Assembly (NCBI GenBank): GCA_034432935.1
Contig: DAOUBD010000054.1
Span: 52-64,051 of the forward strand
Length of the DNA: 64,000 nucleotides
Source: Dehalococcoidia bacterium
Lineage (GTDB): Bacteria > Chloroflexota > Dehalococcoidia > SM23-28-2 > RBG-16-64-32
Reading direction: 5' to 3'
The position numbers and the translations under genes were made by a program. Every line of letters begins with the position of its first letter. Position 1 is the first letter of the stretch. The notes under the pieces were generated by a model. The model was not told the origin of the DNA. It made no database searches and saw only the letters and a list, made by a program, of their open reading frames with translations. This document shows, piece by piece, positions 9,656-18,457 of the stretch.

Positions 9656-10876
9656 TTATTTCAGCGCTGAGGGCATGTCGCCCTCCCCGGCATCGATGCG
9701 CTGTAAGAGCTCCCACACGAACTCCTCCGTATCAGCCAGCGTCTGGGGATCCAAGTTTTCTGCTCGGTCCGCAGGCTGGTGCCACAGGGGCAAGATGCCG
9801 TCCTGGCGACCCAGCCCGACGAAGGTTAGTGTCCGTAGCCCGTATTTGACGCCAATGGCGCCCTCGGTGTAGCCCAAGCGCATCGGCTTCTCGTAGGCTC
9901 GCAGATCGGCACGGGCGGAAGCCATGGAGCGCGCCAGGGAAAGCAGCCTTGCGTCCGGGTGATAACGCCTGGTCATGCCTTCCCAGGTAATGAAACAGGC
10001 GCCGGCCCCGGGGCCGCCGACGGAGTCGAAGACGATGAAAAAGGCGCCTTCCAGCTCGTCCCTGTGCTCCCGGACGAAGGCCTCGGCGCCGTAGCAGCCC
10101 ACCTCTTCGCAGCCGGTGTTGAGGGCCCAGACCTCCGTCTCCATCAGGGGCTCTCCAACAAGCCGCTCCGCTAGGGTCAGAACCATTGCGGCCCCCGAGG
10201 CGTTGTCATTGGCTCCCGGCGTGTAGGGCGTGAAATCGGCCTGTACCAGCACCATTAGGATCGCTGCAACACCGAGGCCCGCAACGGCGGCTGCCGGGTG
10301 GATCCATGAGGCGCCGGTTATGGCCCCGGCGATGAAAAGCCCCAGAAGGGCTCCCATGCTCCCAAAACCAAGCGGCACCAGGAGGGCAAAAAGGCGAAGG
10401 TGCCGGGCCGACTTGAAGACGAAGGGGGTCCTGTGGGTATCCAGGTGCCCCACCAATATAACCCTGCGCCGCACAGGCCCCCTCGGCGGCACCACAGCCC
10501 AGACGTTATGGCTATGGCCCTTCGGCAGGGCCCAGCGCAGCGGGTTGCTGACGAAGTTCAGCTCTAGGAGCGACGATACGATAGCGAAAGCCACGATGGC
10601 TGCCGCCACACCGGCGGTCCAACGGCCCCCCATGGGGTAGAGGGCGAGGGCCAAAAGGGCTAGGGCAAGGGCCAGGGCGTAGGGCCGCCAGGCAGAAATG
10701 GCGCTCCTGAACCGCTGGACGCGCGCCTCGAGGCCTAGACCCTCAAGGACGGCGCCAGCGTACTCCGCTGCCGCTGCTTCTTCCGCCGTTGTCGACCCCC
10801 GCGGGCCTATCGTCTCCGCCAGGTAGCGCACGTGCTCCAGGCAGCGGGCGGTGCTTGCGCGCGGGGTGCCGGTCAT
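9656..10876 (-). CDS. M28-family zinc peptidase with N-terminal membrane-spanning segment
   Basis: GANDNASGAAMVL zinc-ligand motif; hydrophobic stretch ALALALALLALALYP... Confidence 0.75.
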   Translation of the reverse strand: MTGTPRASTARCLEHVRYLAETIGPRGSTTAEEAAAAEYAGAVLEGLGLEARVQRFRSAISAWRPYALALALALLALALYPMGGRWTAGVAAAIVAFAIVSSLLELNFVSNPLRWALPKGHSHNVWAVVPPRGPVRRRVILVGHLDTHRTPFVFKSARHLRLFALLVPLGFGSMGALLGLFIAGAITGASWIHPAAAVAGLGVAAILMVLVQADFTPYTPGANDNASGAAMVLTLAERLVGEPLMETEVWALNTGCEEVGCYGAEAFVREHRDELEGAFFIVFDSVGGPGAGACFITWEGMTRRYHPDARLLSLARSMASARADLRAYEKPMRLGYTEGAIGVKYGLRTLTFVGLGRQDGILPLWHQPADRAENLDPQTLADTEEFVWELLQRIDAGEGDMPSALK

Positions 10877-11042
10877 CCCGTGGCGAATTATACGGTGGCC
10901 GTCGCTTTGCTGGCACCATCGAGGGCCCTGGGTTGTCTTACGGCTTAGGCGCTGGGCGTTAGCCTGCCGGCGCCGGGTCGCCCGCGCTCGCGCCCTGCTA
11001 TACTGGGGCGCAGCGCAGACCGCTTGGCCTAGGAGGAGGGAC

Positions 11043-12341
11043 GTGACGGACCAGGAAAGCAGGACATTGCCAACGGACTTCCTGACAGCATCTCGCCTTT
11101 CACCGCAAGAGGCAGCCTTCTACTACCGCGGCTCCCCACAGGTGGTTGCGGATGGCGTCGTCTTCACCCCCAGCACTGGCGGCGTCACGCACTTCATCTG
11201 CGGTGACCGCATGCTGGTAGTAGACACGTCCCTCTTTCTTTTCGCTCGCGGCATCCTGGACGAGGTGCGGCAACGCTTCAGCCAGTCGCCGGTAGAGGCC
11301 ATCGTCTACACTCACGGGCACATCGACCACGTTTCCGGAGCCCATATCTACATCCAGGAGGCAGAGCAGCGCGGGCATCCCAGGCCCCAGATTATCGGCC
11401 ACGCCGATGTAGCCCGGCGCTTCGACCGCTATAGGATGCTGGACCGGCAGAACAACTTCATCAATAACTTCCAGTTCAACATGAAGGGGCAGATGCGCGC
11501 CTTCTCGGTCACCCCGTGGGTCTATCCCGACATCACCTACTACGAGAGCATGGAACTAACGGTTGGAGGGGAACGGTTCGAGCTCTACCACTCTCGCGGG
11601 GAGACGGATGATCAGACGTGGGTCTGGTGCCCTGCCCGCCGGGTGGCCTGCGCCGGCGACATGTTCATTTGGGCTACCCCCAACGTCGGCAACCCGCTGA
11701 AGGTGCCGCGCTATTGCCTGGATCTAGCCATCAACCTGGAGCGCATGGCCGCCCTTAAGCCCCTCCACCTGCTGCCGGGCCACGGCCCCGCGATTTCGGG
11801 GGAGGAGCAGGTCCAGGACGCGCTCCTCTCCACCGCATCTTGGCTTCGTTCCATCCACGACCAGGTGGTGGAGGGCATGAACCAGGAGAAGTTCCTGGAG
11901 GACATCCTGCGCGATATCAAGTACCCGCCGAACGACCGCCCTTGGCTAAAGCCCATATACGATCACCCCGAGTTCGTGGCGCGAAACGTCTATCGTCTTT
12001 ATGGGGGATGGTATGACGGCAACCCTGCCCATATTCTTCCTGCTCACTCCCACGACGTGGCTCGGGAACTGATTAGCGTGACTGGTTCGGCTGGCCTGTT
12101 GGCGCGGGCCCGCGAGCTACGGGACAAGGGCGATCTTCAGATGGCCTGCCACATGGTGGATTTCGTCCGGCGCGGCGAGCCGGATAACAGGGAGGCCTGG
12201 GAGCTGTGGCGTGATCTGTTCAAGGCCCGGCTCCAGAACGAGCCGTCCTTGATGGCCCGTGGCGTGTTCCTTTCGGCTATCGACGAAGCGGAGCGGCGCC
12301 TGGCGGCGCTCTCCTCTGCGCGGCAGGAAGGCAGCCGGTAA
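11043..12341 (+). CDS. MBL-fold metallo-hydrolase, alkyl/aryl-sulfatase-like
   Basis: YTHGHIDH metal motif; start placed at GTG 11043, 6 nt after AGGAGGAGGG. The track ORF begins earlier at 10851, overlapping the peptidase gene. Confidence 0.6.
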   Translation: MTDQESRTLPTDFLTASRLSPQEAAFYYRGSPQVVADGVVFTPSTGGVTHFICGDRMLVVDTSLFLFARGILDEVRQRFSQSPVEAIVYTHGHIDHVSGAHIYIQEAEQRGHPRPQIIGHADVARRFDRYRMLDRQNNFINNFQFNMKGQMRAFSVTPWVYPDITYYESMELTVGGERFELYHSRGETDDQTWVWCPARRVACAGDMFIWATPNVGNPLKVPRYCLDLAINLERMAALKPLHLLPGHGPAISGEEQVQDALLSTASWLRSIHDQVVEGMNQEKFLEDILRDIKYPPNDRPWLKPIYDHPEFVARNVYRLYGGWYDGNPAHILPAHSHDVARELISVTGSAGLLARARELRDKGDLQMACHMVDFVRRGEPDNREAWELWRDLFKARLQNEPSLMARGVFLSAIDEAERRLAALSSARQEGSR

Positions 12342-12378
12342 CGGGGCTCCCAACACGCGTGGCCGACGCCCTCCCTCC

Positions 12379-13980
12379 CTAGGAACCGAAGGGCTGTCCG
12401 GGGCCGCTACAGCCTTGCGGCACCGTCACCGCTAAGCCGGCGACGTGACGCAGCAGGAGGAGGGCGTCCGCAACGTCGATCTGCGCCGAGCAGTCCACAT
12501 CGCCGGCCTTTGTGGCGCAAAGGCCCAGATTCGGCAGGCCAGCGGTCCGCCGCAGGATCTGCAACGCATCCGTGGCATCGATCCCCCCTTCGCAGGTGAC
12601 GTCACCCGAGAGCAACGGCCCGGCCAGCGGCACCTGGGCAAGCGCGCCGTCTGGCACGACGTAGAGGGTCTGTCCCCGGCCGGAGTCCAGCAGCACCTCG
12701 CGCATCCCGGCGTCAAGGAGCACCCGGTATCCGCCGACTATGACCCACTCCTCCGCCGCTGTTAGCTCGCGAAACCTTGTGTAGGCCTGGGGTATCAGGG
12801 GGACCTGCCCGAGCATGCCGGGCACGAGGACGTGCACGTCCTCCCAGCGGAAACCCATATCGGTAAAGGTGTCCGGGTCCGGGACCCAGAAACGCGCCCG
12901 TCCGTACACCACCCACACCCTTGCGTCTCCTGCCTCCTGGAGGAGGGTGCCATCGGGAGGGACAGCCGGCCGAAGGGCCAGGAACCCATCGGGGGCTACC
13001 TGGACAGAGGCCGGGTCCAGGCCCAAGCTGCGGACTGCCTCCAGGTCGGAAATGCCGAAGCGCCCGCCTCCCTCCAGAAGGTAAACGTCGCTAGAGGAGG
13101 ATTCGCGCACGAGGCAGCCGTCCTTCCAGGAGACCCAGCAGGGAGCCGGCACGGTGGGGTAGCTCCGCAGCCACTCCCAAACGTCCGCGGGCACGACGCC
13201 CCTGCGCCAGACGCTGACCCTGGCGGCGCCCATGGCGTTGGCTGCGTGTACGGCGGGCGCAAAACGCTCCGCAGTGCTGTCCCCCTGAAGCATGGGGACG
13301 TACTCCAGGGAGCGGTTGGGAGCAACCTGCGCCAGGTCTTCATGGGCCTGGAGCACACAGCGGCCTGGATCGTCCCACGGCTGCTGCCCGGAATAGGTCT
13401 CCCAGAAGCACATGGGGAGGGCCACGTCGGCCTGCGCCAGCCAGGCACGGACCGCGGCGGGCTCCCACCACTGAGGCCTGGGGTCATAGATCACGCCGAG
13501 CTGGGCCGAGGGCCGCTCGGACCTGAGGCGGCTCCAGAAGGCCTCCGCCAGATACCAGCAGTCCTCACCGCAGAAGCCGGAAAAGGCCTCCACGTCGGCG
13601 TAGAGGCCCTTCACGCCGCTGTCCAGCACCTCCTCCGCCATCCGCAGTTGGGCGTCGGCATCCCGGCCCTTGGGGACGAACCAAGCGTAGACGTCGATGC
13701 CCTGGGCCGCGTACACGCCGATGAGCTCCTTGATCCGGCCAGGGCCATCGATGGCCAGAGGGTGGTGGTCGTAGGCCGCCATCCAGTCTGTGCCATCGTG
13801 GGTCTTGAGATAGACGGCCCGGATCGGGAGGTCAGCATCGGAGGCGCTGCCTTCGGGATAATCACGGCTGAGCTGCCAGATAACCGCCTCCACGCGGACG
13901 GGATCCGGGGCCGCTGAAAAGCCCCGGCTTGGGGTTGACGCCAGCACTGCTAAGACCGCAGCGGCCAGAAGCCAGCGCAT
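12379..13980 (-). CDS. secreted protein: N-terminal signal peptide, putative glycoside-hydrolase-like TIM-barrel domain, C-terminal dockerin-like repeat pair
   Basis: Start ATG 13980 (MRWLLAAAVLAVLA signal). C-terminal DVTCEGGIDATDALQILRRTAGL and DVDCSAQIDVADALLLLRHVAGL resemble dockerin type I Ca-binding repeats. The longer track ORF from 14223 would overlap the next gene. Confidence 0.55.
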   Translation of the reverse strand: MRWLLAAAVLAVLASTPSRGFSAAPDPVRVEAVIWQLSRDYPEGSASDADLPIRAVYLKTHDGTDWMAAYDHHPLAIDGPGRIKELIGVYAAQGIDVYAWFVPKGRDADAQLRMAEEVLDSGVKGLYADVEAFSGFCGEDCWYLAEAFWSRLRSERPSAQLGVIYDPRPQWWEPAAVRAWLAQADVALPMCFWETYSGQQPWDDPGRCVLQAHEDLAQVAPNRSLEYVPMLQGDSTAERFAPAVHAANAMGAARVSVWRRGVVPADVWEWLRSYPTVPAPCWVSWKDGCLVRESSSSDVYLLEGGGRFGISDLEAVRSLGLDPASVQVAPDGFLALRPAVPPDGTLLQEAGDARVWVVYGRARFWVPDPDTFTDMGFRWEDVHVLVPGMLGQVPLIPQAYTRFRELTAAEEWVIVGGYRVLLDAGMREVLLDSGRGQTLYVVPDGALAQVPLAGPLLSGDVTCEGGIDATDALQILRRTAGLPNLGLCATKAGDVDCSAQIDVADALLLLRHVAGLAVTVPQGCSGPGQPFGS

Positions 13981-14000
13981 GGCACCTATCTTAGCACCGT

Positions 14001-15839
14001 CTACCAACTGCCGCCCCCTCCTCCGCCGCCGCCACCGCCCGAAGACCCGCCGCCGAAGCCGCTGCCGCCACTGCCGCCCGGAGTGGAGGCTATGGCTTGC
14101 GAAAGGCCTGACGCGAAGCTGGAGATGCTTTCGGCGAAGGCGACGGGCGCAAAGGCGTGCGTTCCGGAATACCACCCGGGTTGCTCCTCCCGCGCTGCCA
14201 GACCCTCGAAGGCCTTCGCCCACTTTTCTACGCAGCCGAAGACGATGGCATAGGGGAGGTATTCATGGAATATACCGGACCGCTCGGCAAACCGCTGCCG
14301 GTCGGTCTCAGCCGTGACCATATAGCGGCGAAAGCCCAAGCATCGGCGGTAAAGCAGGCGCCCGGAGGCGGTGCGCCTGGGCATGGCGGGAGCCAACAGG
14401 AAGAGGGCCCCTCCGGCAGCGGCGACGGGGAAACCGACCACCCCAGCTCCAGCGGCGGCGCCCAGAAGCCACACCGCTGTGGCGCCTACCGCGGCCACCA
14501 CTCCCCCACCGATGTGGTAGGCCAGGCGTACGGCCTCCGGGTTGTGTGGGAAAAGCCTTAGCCCGGCTACAGCCTCCTGGTAGAGGTCATCTTTCACCTC
14601 CGCCAGGTCCTTGTAGAACTTGTTCTTGAGATCATCCAGCTTCACTGTCTGGCCGGTCGCGAACAAGGCGTCAAGGAGGCGCCGCTCGTATGGCAAGAGA
14701 TGGCTGTCCTGCTTGTCCAAGCGTGTAAGTTGGTACGACCGTGACTTAAAGAAGCCGAGGACACCTCCCCCCTCCAGCTCATCGATCCGGAGATGGCCGC
14801 GTACCGCAAGGTCGATTATCGTCGCAGAGACGTCCAACGTATCAGCCCGCTCGTCCAACAGGACACCCATCTCCGCCGGCCGGAGCTTCCTCCCCGGGAC
14901 GGCTTCGGGCGGGCCGTACTCCACGACGATGGTCTCATGGGCGAAGAGCGGCCTGATGGTCTCAGCCGGCGTGTCCTTCGCATAGAACATGTCGCCGAAC
15001 CAACGATCCCGCCCGGCTAGCCACCACAGGCGCGCCAACAGAGCGACGGCAGCCAGGCCGGCCACCACCGCGATTGCCAGAGGCAAGGGCCGCAGACCCA
15101 AGAAGCCGGATATGTCATCCCACGGGTCAGTGCGGGCCGGCACCAGGACCAAGGGCGGTACCTGCACCGCCCCTTTCCGCAACCCGACAACGATGGTGAG
15201 GCCAGCGCCTGGCGGAAGCGGCATGGTGGCAACGAAGGAGGCAGAGCTCTCCCCCTCTGCGGACTGGCATGGGAGCGTCGAGCCTATGGCGCCTTGATAA
15301 CAGGCGACCCGCTCCAGGGCGCCGCCTGGCAGGCGGACCTCAGCGCTGGCCTCCTCGATGCCGACAGGCCAGGCGTTGCCGGTGACGTTCCAATAGAACT
15401 CGTCGTGGTCCGGGAAGGGGTTGAGCCCGCCCGCAACCCTGTAGGAGATGCGGTATCGCTGCTGGCCGGTTATCAGCCGGTCAGGGTCACCGATCTTGAT
15501 GCGCAGGTTCGGCCCGCCGCTGATGAGCTCATAGGGCCACGGGTTGACCCCATCGTCGACCGCGACGTCTTTGATAGTGATCGCCCTGTGGTACCGGGAA
15601 TCGTACTGGTACTCCACCGGAATGTCGCGGAAGATGCCGTGACGCTGGAGGGCGCCGAAGTCCACCAAGATGTCTTCTGTAACCTTGACGGCGCTGCTCT
15701 CGTCGATCTCATAGGTGACGTGGAACGACCGGATGGTCCAGCCCTCGGCGGCGCCGGCGGGCGGCGGGACAGGAGCCGACCAGAGCAGCAGGCTCCCTAA
15801 GAGCCCGGCCAGGGCAAGGGCGAGCTTCGCGCGCCTCAC
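14001..15839 (-). CDS. DUF2207-type membrane protein with C-terminal Gly-rich tail
   Basis: Signal peptide, central TM helices, ends ...GGSGGSGFGGGSSGGGGGGGGGGSW; 612 aa. Confidence 0.6.
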   Translation of the reverse strand: MRRAKLALALAGLLGSLLLWSAPVPPPAGAAEGWTIRSFHVTYEIDESSAVKVTEDILVDFGALQRHGIFRDIPVEYQYDSRYHRAITIKDVAVDDGVNPWPYELISGGPNLRIKIGDPDRLITGQQRYRISYRVAGGLNPFPDHDEFYWNVTGNAWPVGIEEASAEVRLPGGALERVACYQGAIGSTLPCQSAEGESSASFVATMPLPPGAGLTIVVGLRKGAVQVPPLVLVPARTDPWDDISGFLGLRPLPLAIAVVAGLAAVALLARLWWLAGRDRWFGDMFYAKDTPAETIRPLFAHETIVVEYGPPEAVPGRKLRPAEMGVLLDERADTLDVSATIIDLAVRGHLRIDELEGGGVLGFFKSRSYQLTRLDKQDSHLLPYERRLLDALFATGQTVKLDDLKNKFYKDLAEVKDDLYQEAVAGLRLFPHNPEAVRLAYHIGGGVVAAVGATAVWLLGAAAGAGVVGFPVAAAGGALFLLAPAMPRRTASGRLLYRRCLGFRRYMVTAETDRQRFAERSGIFHEYLPYAIVFGCVEKWAKAFEGLAAREEQPGWYSGTHAFAPVAFAESISSFASGLSQAIASTPGGSGGSGFGGGSSGGGGGGGGGGSW

Positions 15840-16181
15840 GACGGTTGGTATTCTACGACACCTGCCTCCCCCGTGGCGGCCGGGGCGATTGTGATATATG
15901 TCACAGACGGCGCCGGCAGCGGGGAGTTATGTTGGCCTCGAGGATGAGAGGAGGAAACGCATGACGAGCGCTCCCAGAGCGGCGCCAGGCCGGGCGCGGC
16001 ACATCGCCCGCATCCCCCGGCGTCCCGCTCCCGCCAACGGCCGGACGCACCGGTGCCGGGCCGAGCGGGTGCTGGCCAGCCAGCGCCGGGAGGCGCGGGC
16101 CGATGCCGCGAAGACGGCGGCGTTCACCGCCTATTTCCTCGGCGGCGGCCGCTACCTCTAGCCCTCAGCCTCGGGGCGGGC

Positions 16182-17492
16182 CTAGGGCCGTTGCTCCAGG
16201 GGCACGTAGGGACGGCGGCTAGGGCCGATGAAGATCTGCCGCGGCCTGGCGATCTTCTGCTCCGGGTCCTCGATCATCTCCCGCCACTGGGCCAGCCAAC
16301 CGGCCGTGCGGGGGATGGCGAAGAGGACCGGGAACATATCCACTGGGAAGCCCAAAGCTTGGTAGATGATCCCGGAGTAGAAGTCCACGTTGGGGTATAG
16401 CTTTCGCTCTATGAAGTATTCGTCCTCGAGGGCGATGCGCTCTAGCTCCAGCGCGATCTCCAAGAGGGGATTGGGGCCCGTGACCTCGAAGACCTGGTCC
16501 GCCGTTTGCTTGATGATCTTCGCCCGAGGGTCGTAGCTCTTGTAGATCCGGTGGCCGAAGCCCATCAGGCGTCCCTCGCCAGCCTTGACCCGCTTGACGA
16601 ACTCCGGCACGCGGCTCTTGTCGCCGATCTCCATCAGCATGCGGATGACGGCCTCGTTGGCGCCTCCGTGCAGGGGCCCATAGAGGGCGGCAGCGGCAGC
16701 AGCCGTGGCCGAGAAGGGGTCGGTGCGGGAGCTCCCGACGGAGCGCATAGCGTTAGTGCTACAGTTCTGCTCATGGTCTGCGTGCAGGATAAAGAGGACC
16801 TCGATGGCTCGCTCCAGCACGGGACTGGGCTTGTACTGGGGTTCGGACATCTTCCACAGCATCGAGAGGAAGTTGCCGGTATAGCTGAGGTCGTTGTCCG
16901 GATAAACGTAGGGGAGGCCCCGGTTATGCCGGTAGGTAAAGGCCGCTATAGTGGGCATCTTGGCGATGAGGCGATGGGTCTGGATCTCCCTCGAATGGGG
17001 GTCATCGACGTTCTTGGCATCGGGATAGAAGGTGGAGAGAGCGGCCACCGTGCCGACCAGCATGCCCATGGGGTGAGCGTCGTACTGGAAGCCCTCCATA
17101 AACTTCTTGATGTTCTCATGCACGTAGGTGTGCATGCGGATGTCGTGAGTCCACCTGGCCAGTTGGGCGGCGTTCGGGAGTTCGCCGTATAGCAGAAGGT
17201 AGGCCGTTTCGAGGAAGGTGCTCTTCTCGGCCAGCTCCTCGATGGGGTAGCCCCTGTACTCCAGGATGCCCTTGTCGCCGTCGATCTTGGTGATGGCGCT
17301 GCGGCAGGAGGCCGTGTTGACGAAAGCCGGATCGTAGACCATCAGGCCGAAATCGCCTTCGTGGGCGCGGATCTGGCGGAAGTCAGTAGCCCGCACGGTA
17401 CCCTCGGTGATGGGGATCTCGTAGCTCTGTCCCGTGCGGTTGTCGATGATAGTCAGGGTCTCACGGCCACCGTCTTTGTCCATAGGGCGCAT
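16182..17492 (-). CDS. gltA: citrate synthase (type II)
   Basis: Unmistakable citrate synthase motifs (LHADHEQNCST, GFGHRIYK..DPR, NVDFYSG); start at ATG 17492 (MRPMDKDGG). The track ORF extends to 17657. Confidence 0.9.
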   Translation of the reverse strand: MRPMDKDGGRETLTIIDNRTGQSYEIPITEGTVRATDFRQIRAHEGDFGLMVYDPAFVNTASCRSAITKIDGDKGILEYRGYPIEELAEKSTFLETAYLLLYGELPNAAQLARWTHDIRMHTYVHENIKKFMEGFQYDAHPMGMLVGTVAALSTFYPDAKNVDDPHSREIQTHRLIAKMPTIAAFTYRHNRGLPYVYPDNDLSYTGNFLSMLWKMSEPQYKPSPVLERAIEVLFILHADHEQNCSTNAMRSVGSSRTDPFSATAAAAAALYGPLHGGANEAVIRMLMEIGDKSRVPEFVKRVKAGEGRLMGFGHRIYKSYDPRAKIIKQTADQVFEVTGPNPLLEIALELERIALEDEYFIERKLYPNVDFYSGIIYQALGFPVDMFPVLFAIPRTAGWLAQWREMIEDPEQKIARPRQIFIGPSRRPYVPLEQRP

Positions 17493-17615
17493 CTCCTCGC
17501 ATGCTGCGGCAACTGACGATGTCTCATCCGGTATCGTACGCCTGCTGAGGCGTGCCGCCCGCCCATCGACCAGTCTCATTTTAACCTGTCGGATGGTCTT
17601 CGCGCCAAGGGTTGG

Positions 17616-17763
17616 CCAGCACCACTCCCGCCTGAAGGCGGGGGCATCAGGCCTCAACTACACTGCGGCGCCCATTGCCCGATGGCCGAGATCCAGCACC
17701 ACCCCCGCCTGAAGGCGGGGGCATCAGGCCTCAACCACACTGCGGCTCCCATTGCCCGATGCC
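17616..17763. repeat. two tandem copies (period 77 bp, 71-bp units, 67/71 identical) of a GC-rich element with internal hairpins
   Basis: Unit 1 at 17616-17686, unit 2 at 17693-17763. Each contains CCCGCC-TGAA-GGCGGG and the longer pairing GGGCATC...GATGCCC. Confidence 0.75.
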
Positions 17764-17796
17764 CCAACCTTTAGGTTGGGGTGGCCAGAATCTGGC
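17762..17796. promoter_or_regulatory. perfect 8-bp-stem hairpin (CCCCAACC-TTTA-GGTTGGGG) followed by a 13-bp palindrome GCCAGA-A-TCTGGC
   Basis: Read directly from the sequence. Lies between the HTH regulator gene's 3' end and the gltA upstream region. Confidence 0.3.
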
Positions 17797-17813
17797 ACGA
17801 CCGGACGGCGGAG

Positions 17814-18227
17814 TCAACGTAGAGGCGCGGAGAGGGTTTGGGCCTCTTCAGCCAAGCGGCCTAGGACGACACCCAGCTTGACCCCTGTGATGGTTCGGTG
17901 AAGAAAGGGGCCATCGGGGTCGATGAAGTAATGATGTAGTTTGCCCTCGCGCTCGACTCTCAGCATGCCAGCACGGCGCAGGTCGCCGATGATCCCCCAG
18001 ACCGTGCGCTGGGTCAGGTGGAGCCTATCGGCGATCTCTTCCACCGTGCAGCCGGGGTAGGCAGCGATGAAGAATAGGACGGAGCCGTGGCTGGAGACCA
18101 GATACCACTCGTTGCGTTGGTTGACACGACCCATTGGCGGCAAAAGGGCGCGCCCTGGTCTGTGGCGCTCGCGGGGGTGCGGCGATGAAGACGCAGGAGC
18201 GCGCGGAGACATAGTATTGCCGGCCAC
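17814..18227 (-). CDS. winged helix-turn-helix transcriptional regulator (MarR/ArsR-like)
   Basis: CTVEEIADRLHLTQRTVWGIIGDLRRAGML is an HTH; the true start may be the internal MGRVNQ (18134). Confidence 0.5.
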   Translation of the reverse strand: MAGNTMSPRAPASSSPHPRERHRPGRALLPPMGRVNQRNEWYLVSSHGSVLFFIAAYPGCTVEEIADRLHLTQRTVWGIIGDLRRAGMLRVEREGKLHHYFIDPDGPFLHRTITGVKLGVVLGRLAEEAQTLSAPLR

Positions 18228-18457
18228 CCCAAACTTGGGTTAGGGGCAGGTTAGGGCCCCATTAGATTTCGGTAAGGAAAGCTTCTGGGGCCGCCGAAAG
18301 GCTGGCCCCTCTGGACTCGAGTCCCCTGGGGCGCTATCTTCCCAGTATGTTGGAGGGAGGACGGACGCCGTTGCAAAGGCCGGATATCTGTCCCGGGGAA
18401 GAGCTGCGAAAGGTGGAAGGTACATCACAAGGCGGCCAGGCGGAGCCGGGGGGATTC

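Noticed and set aside
10851-11042. Long N-terminal extension of the MBL-fold protein in the ORF track
   Set aside because: The extension overlaps the convergent M28 peptidase gene and is Arg/Trp-rich. A strong AGGAGG SD precedes GTG 11043, just before the conserved region.
12832-13917. 361-aa plus-strand ORF inside the dockerin-protein gene
   Set aside because: Antisense artefact. Its composition is dominated by G/R/P/A/H, and the opposite frame carries a signal peptide and dockerin repeats.
15898-16161. 87-aa Arg/Ala-rich ORF between the DUF2207 gene and gltA
   Set aside because: It has no SD and a low-complexity basic composition. It lies in the gltA terminator and DUF2207 promoter region, so it is more likely non-coding.
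17616-17763. Tandem repeats considered as a CRISPR array
   Set aside because: Only two units sit directly adjacent with a 6-bp gap, so there are no unique spacers between them. The units are not of CRISPR repeat length or architecture, and no cas genes are nearby.
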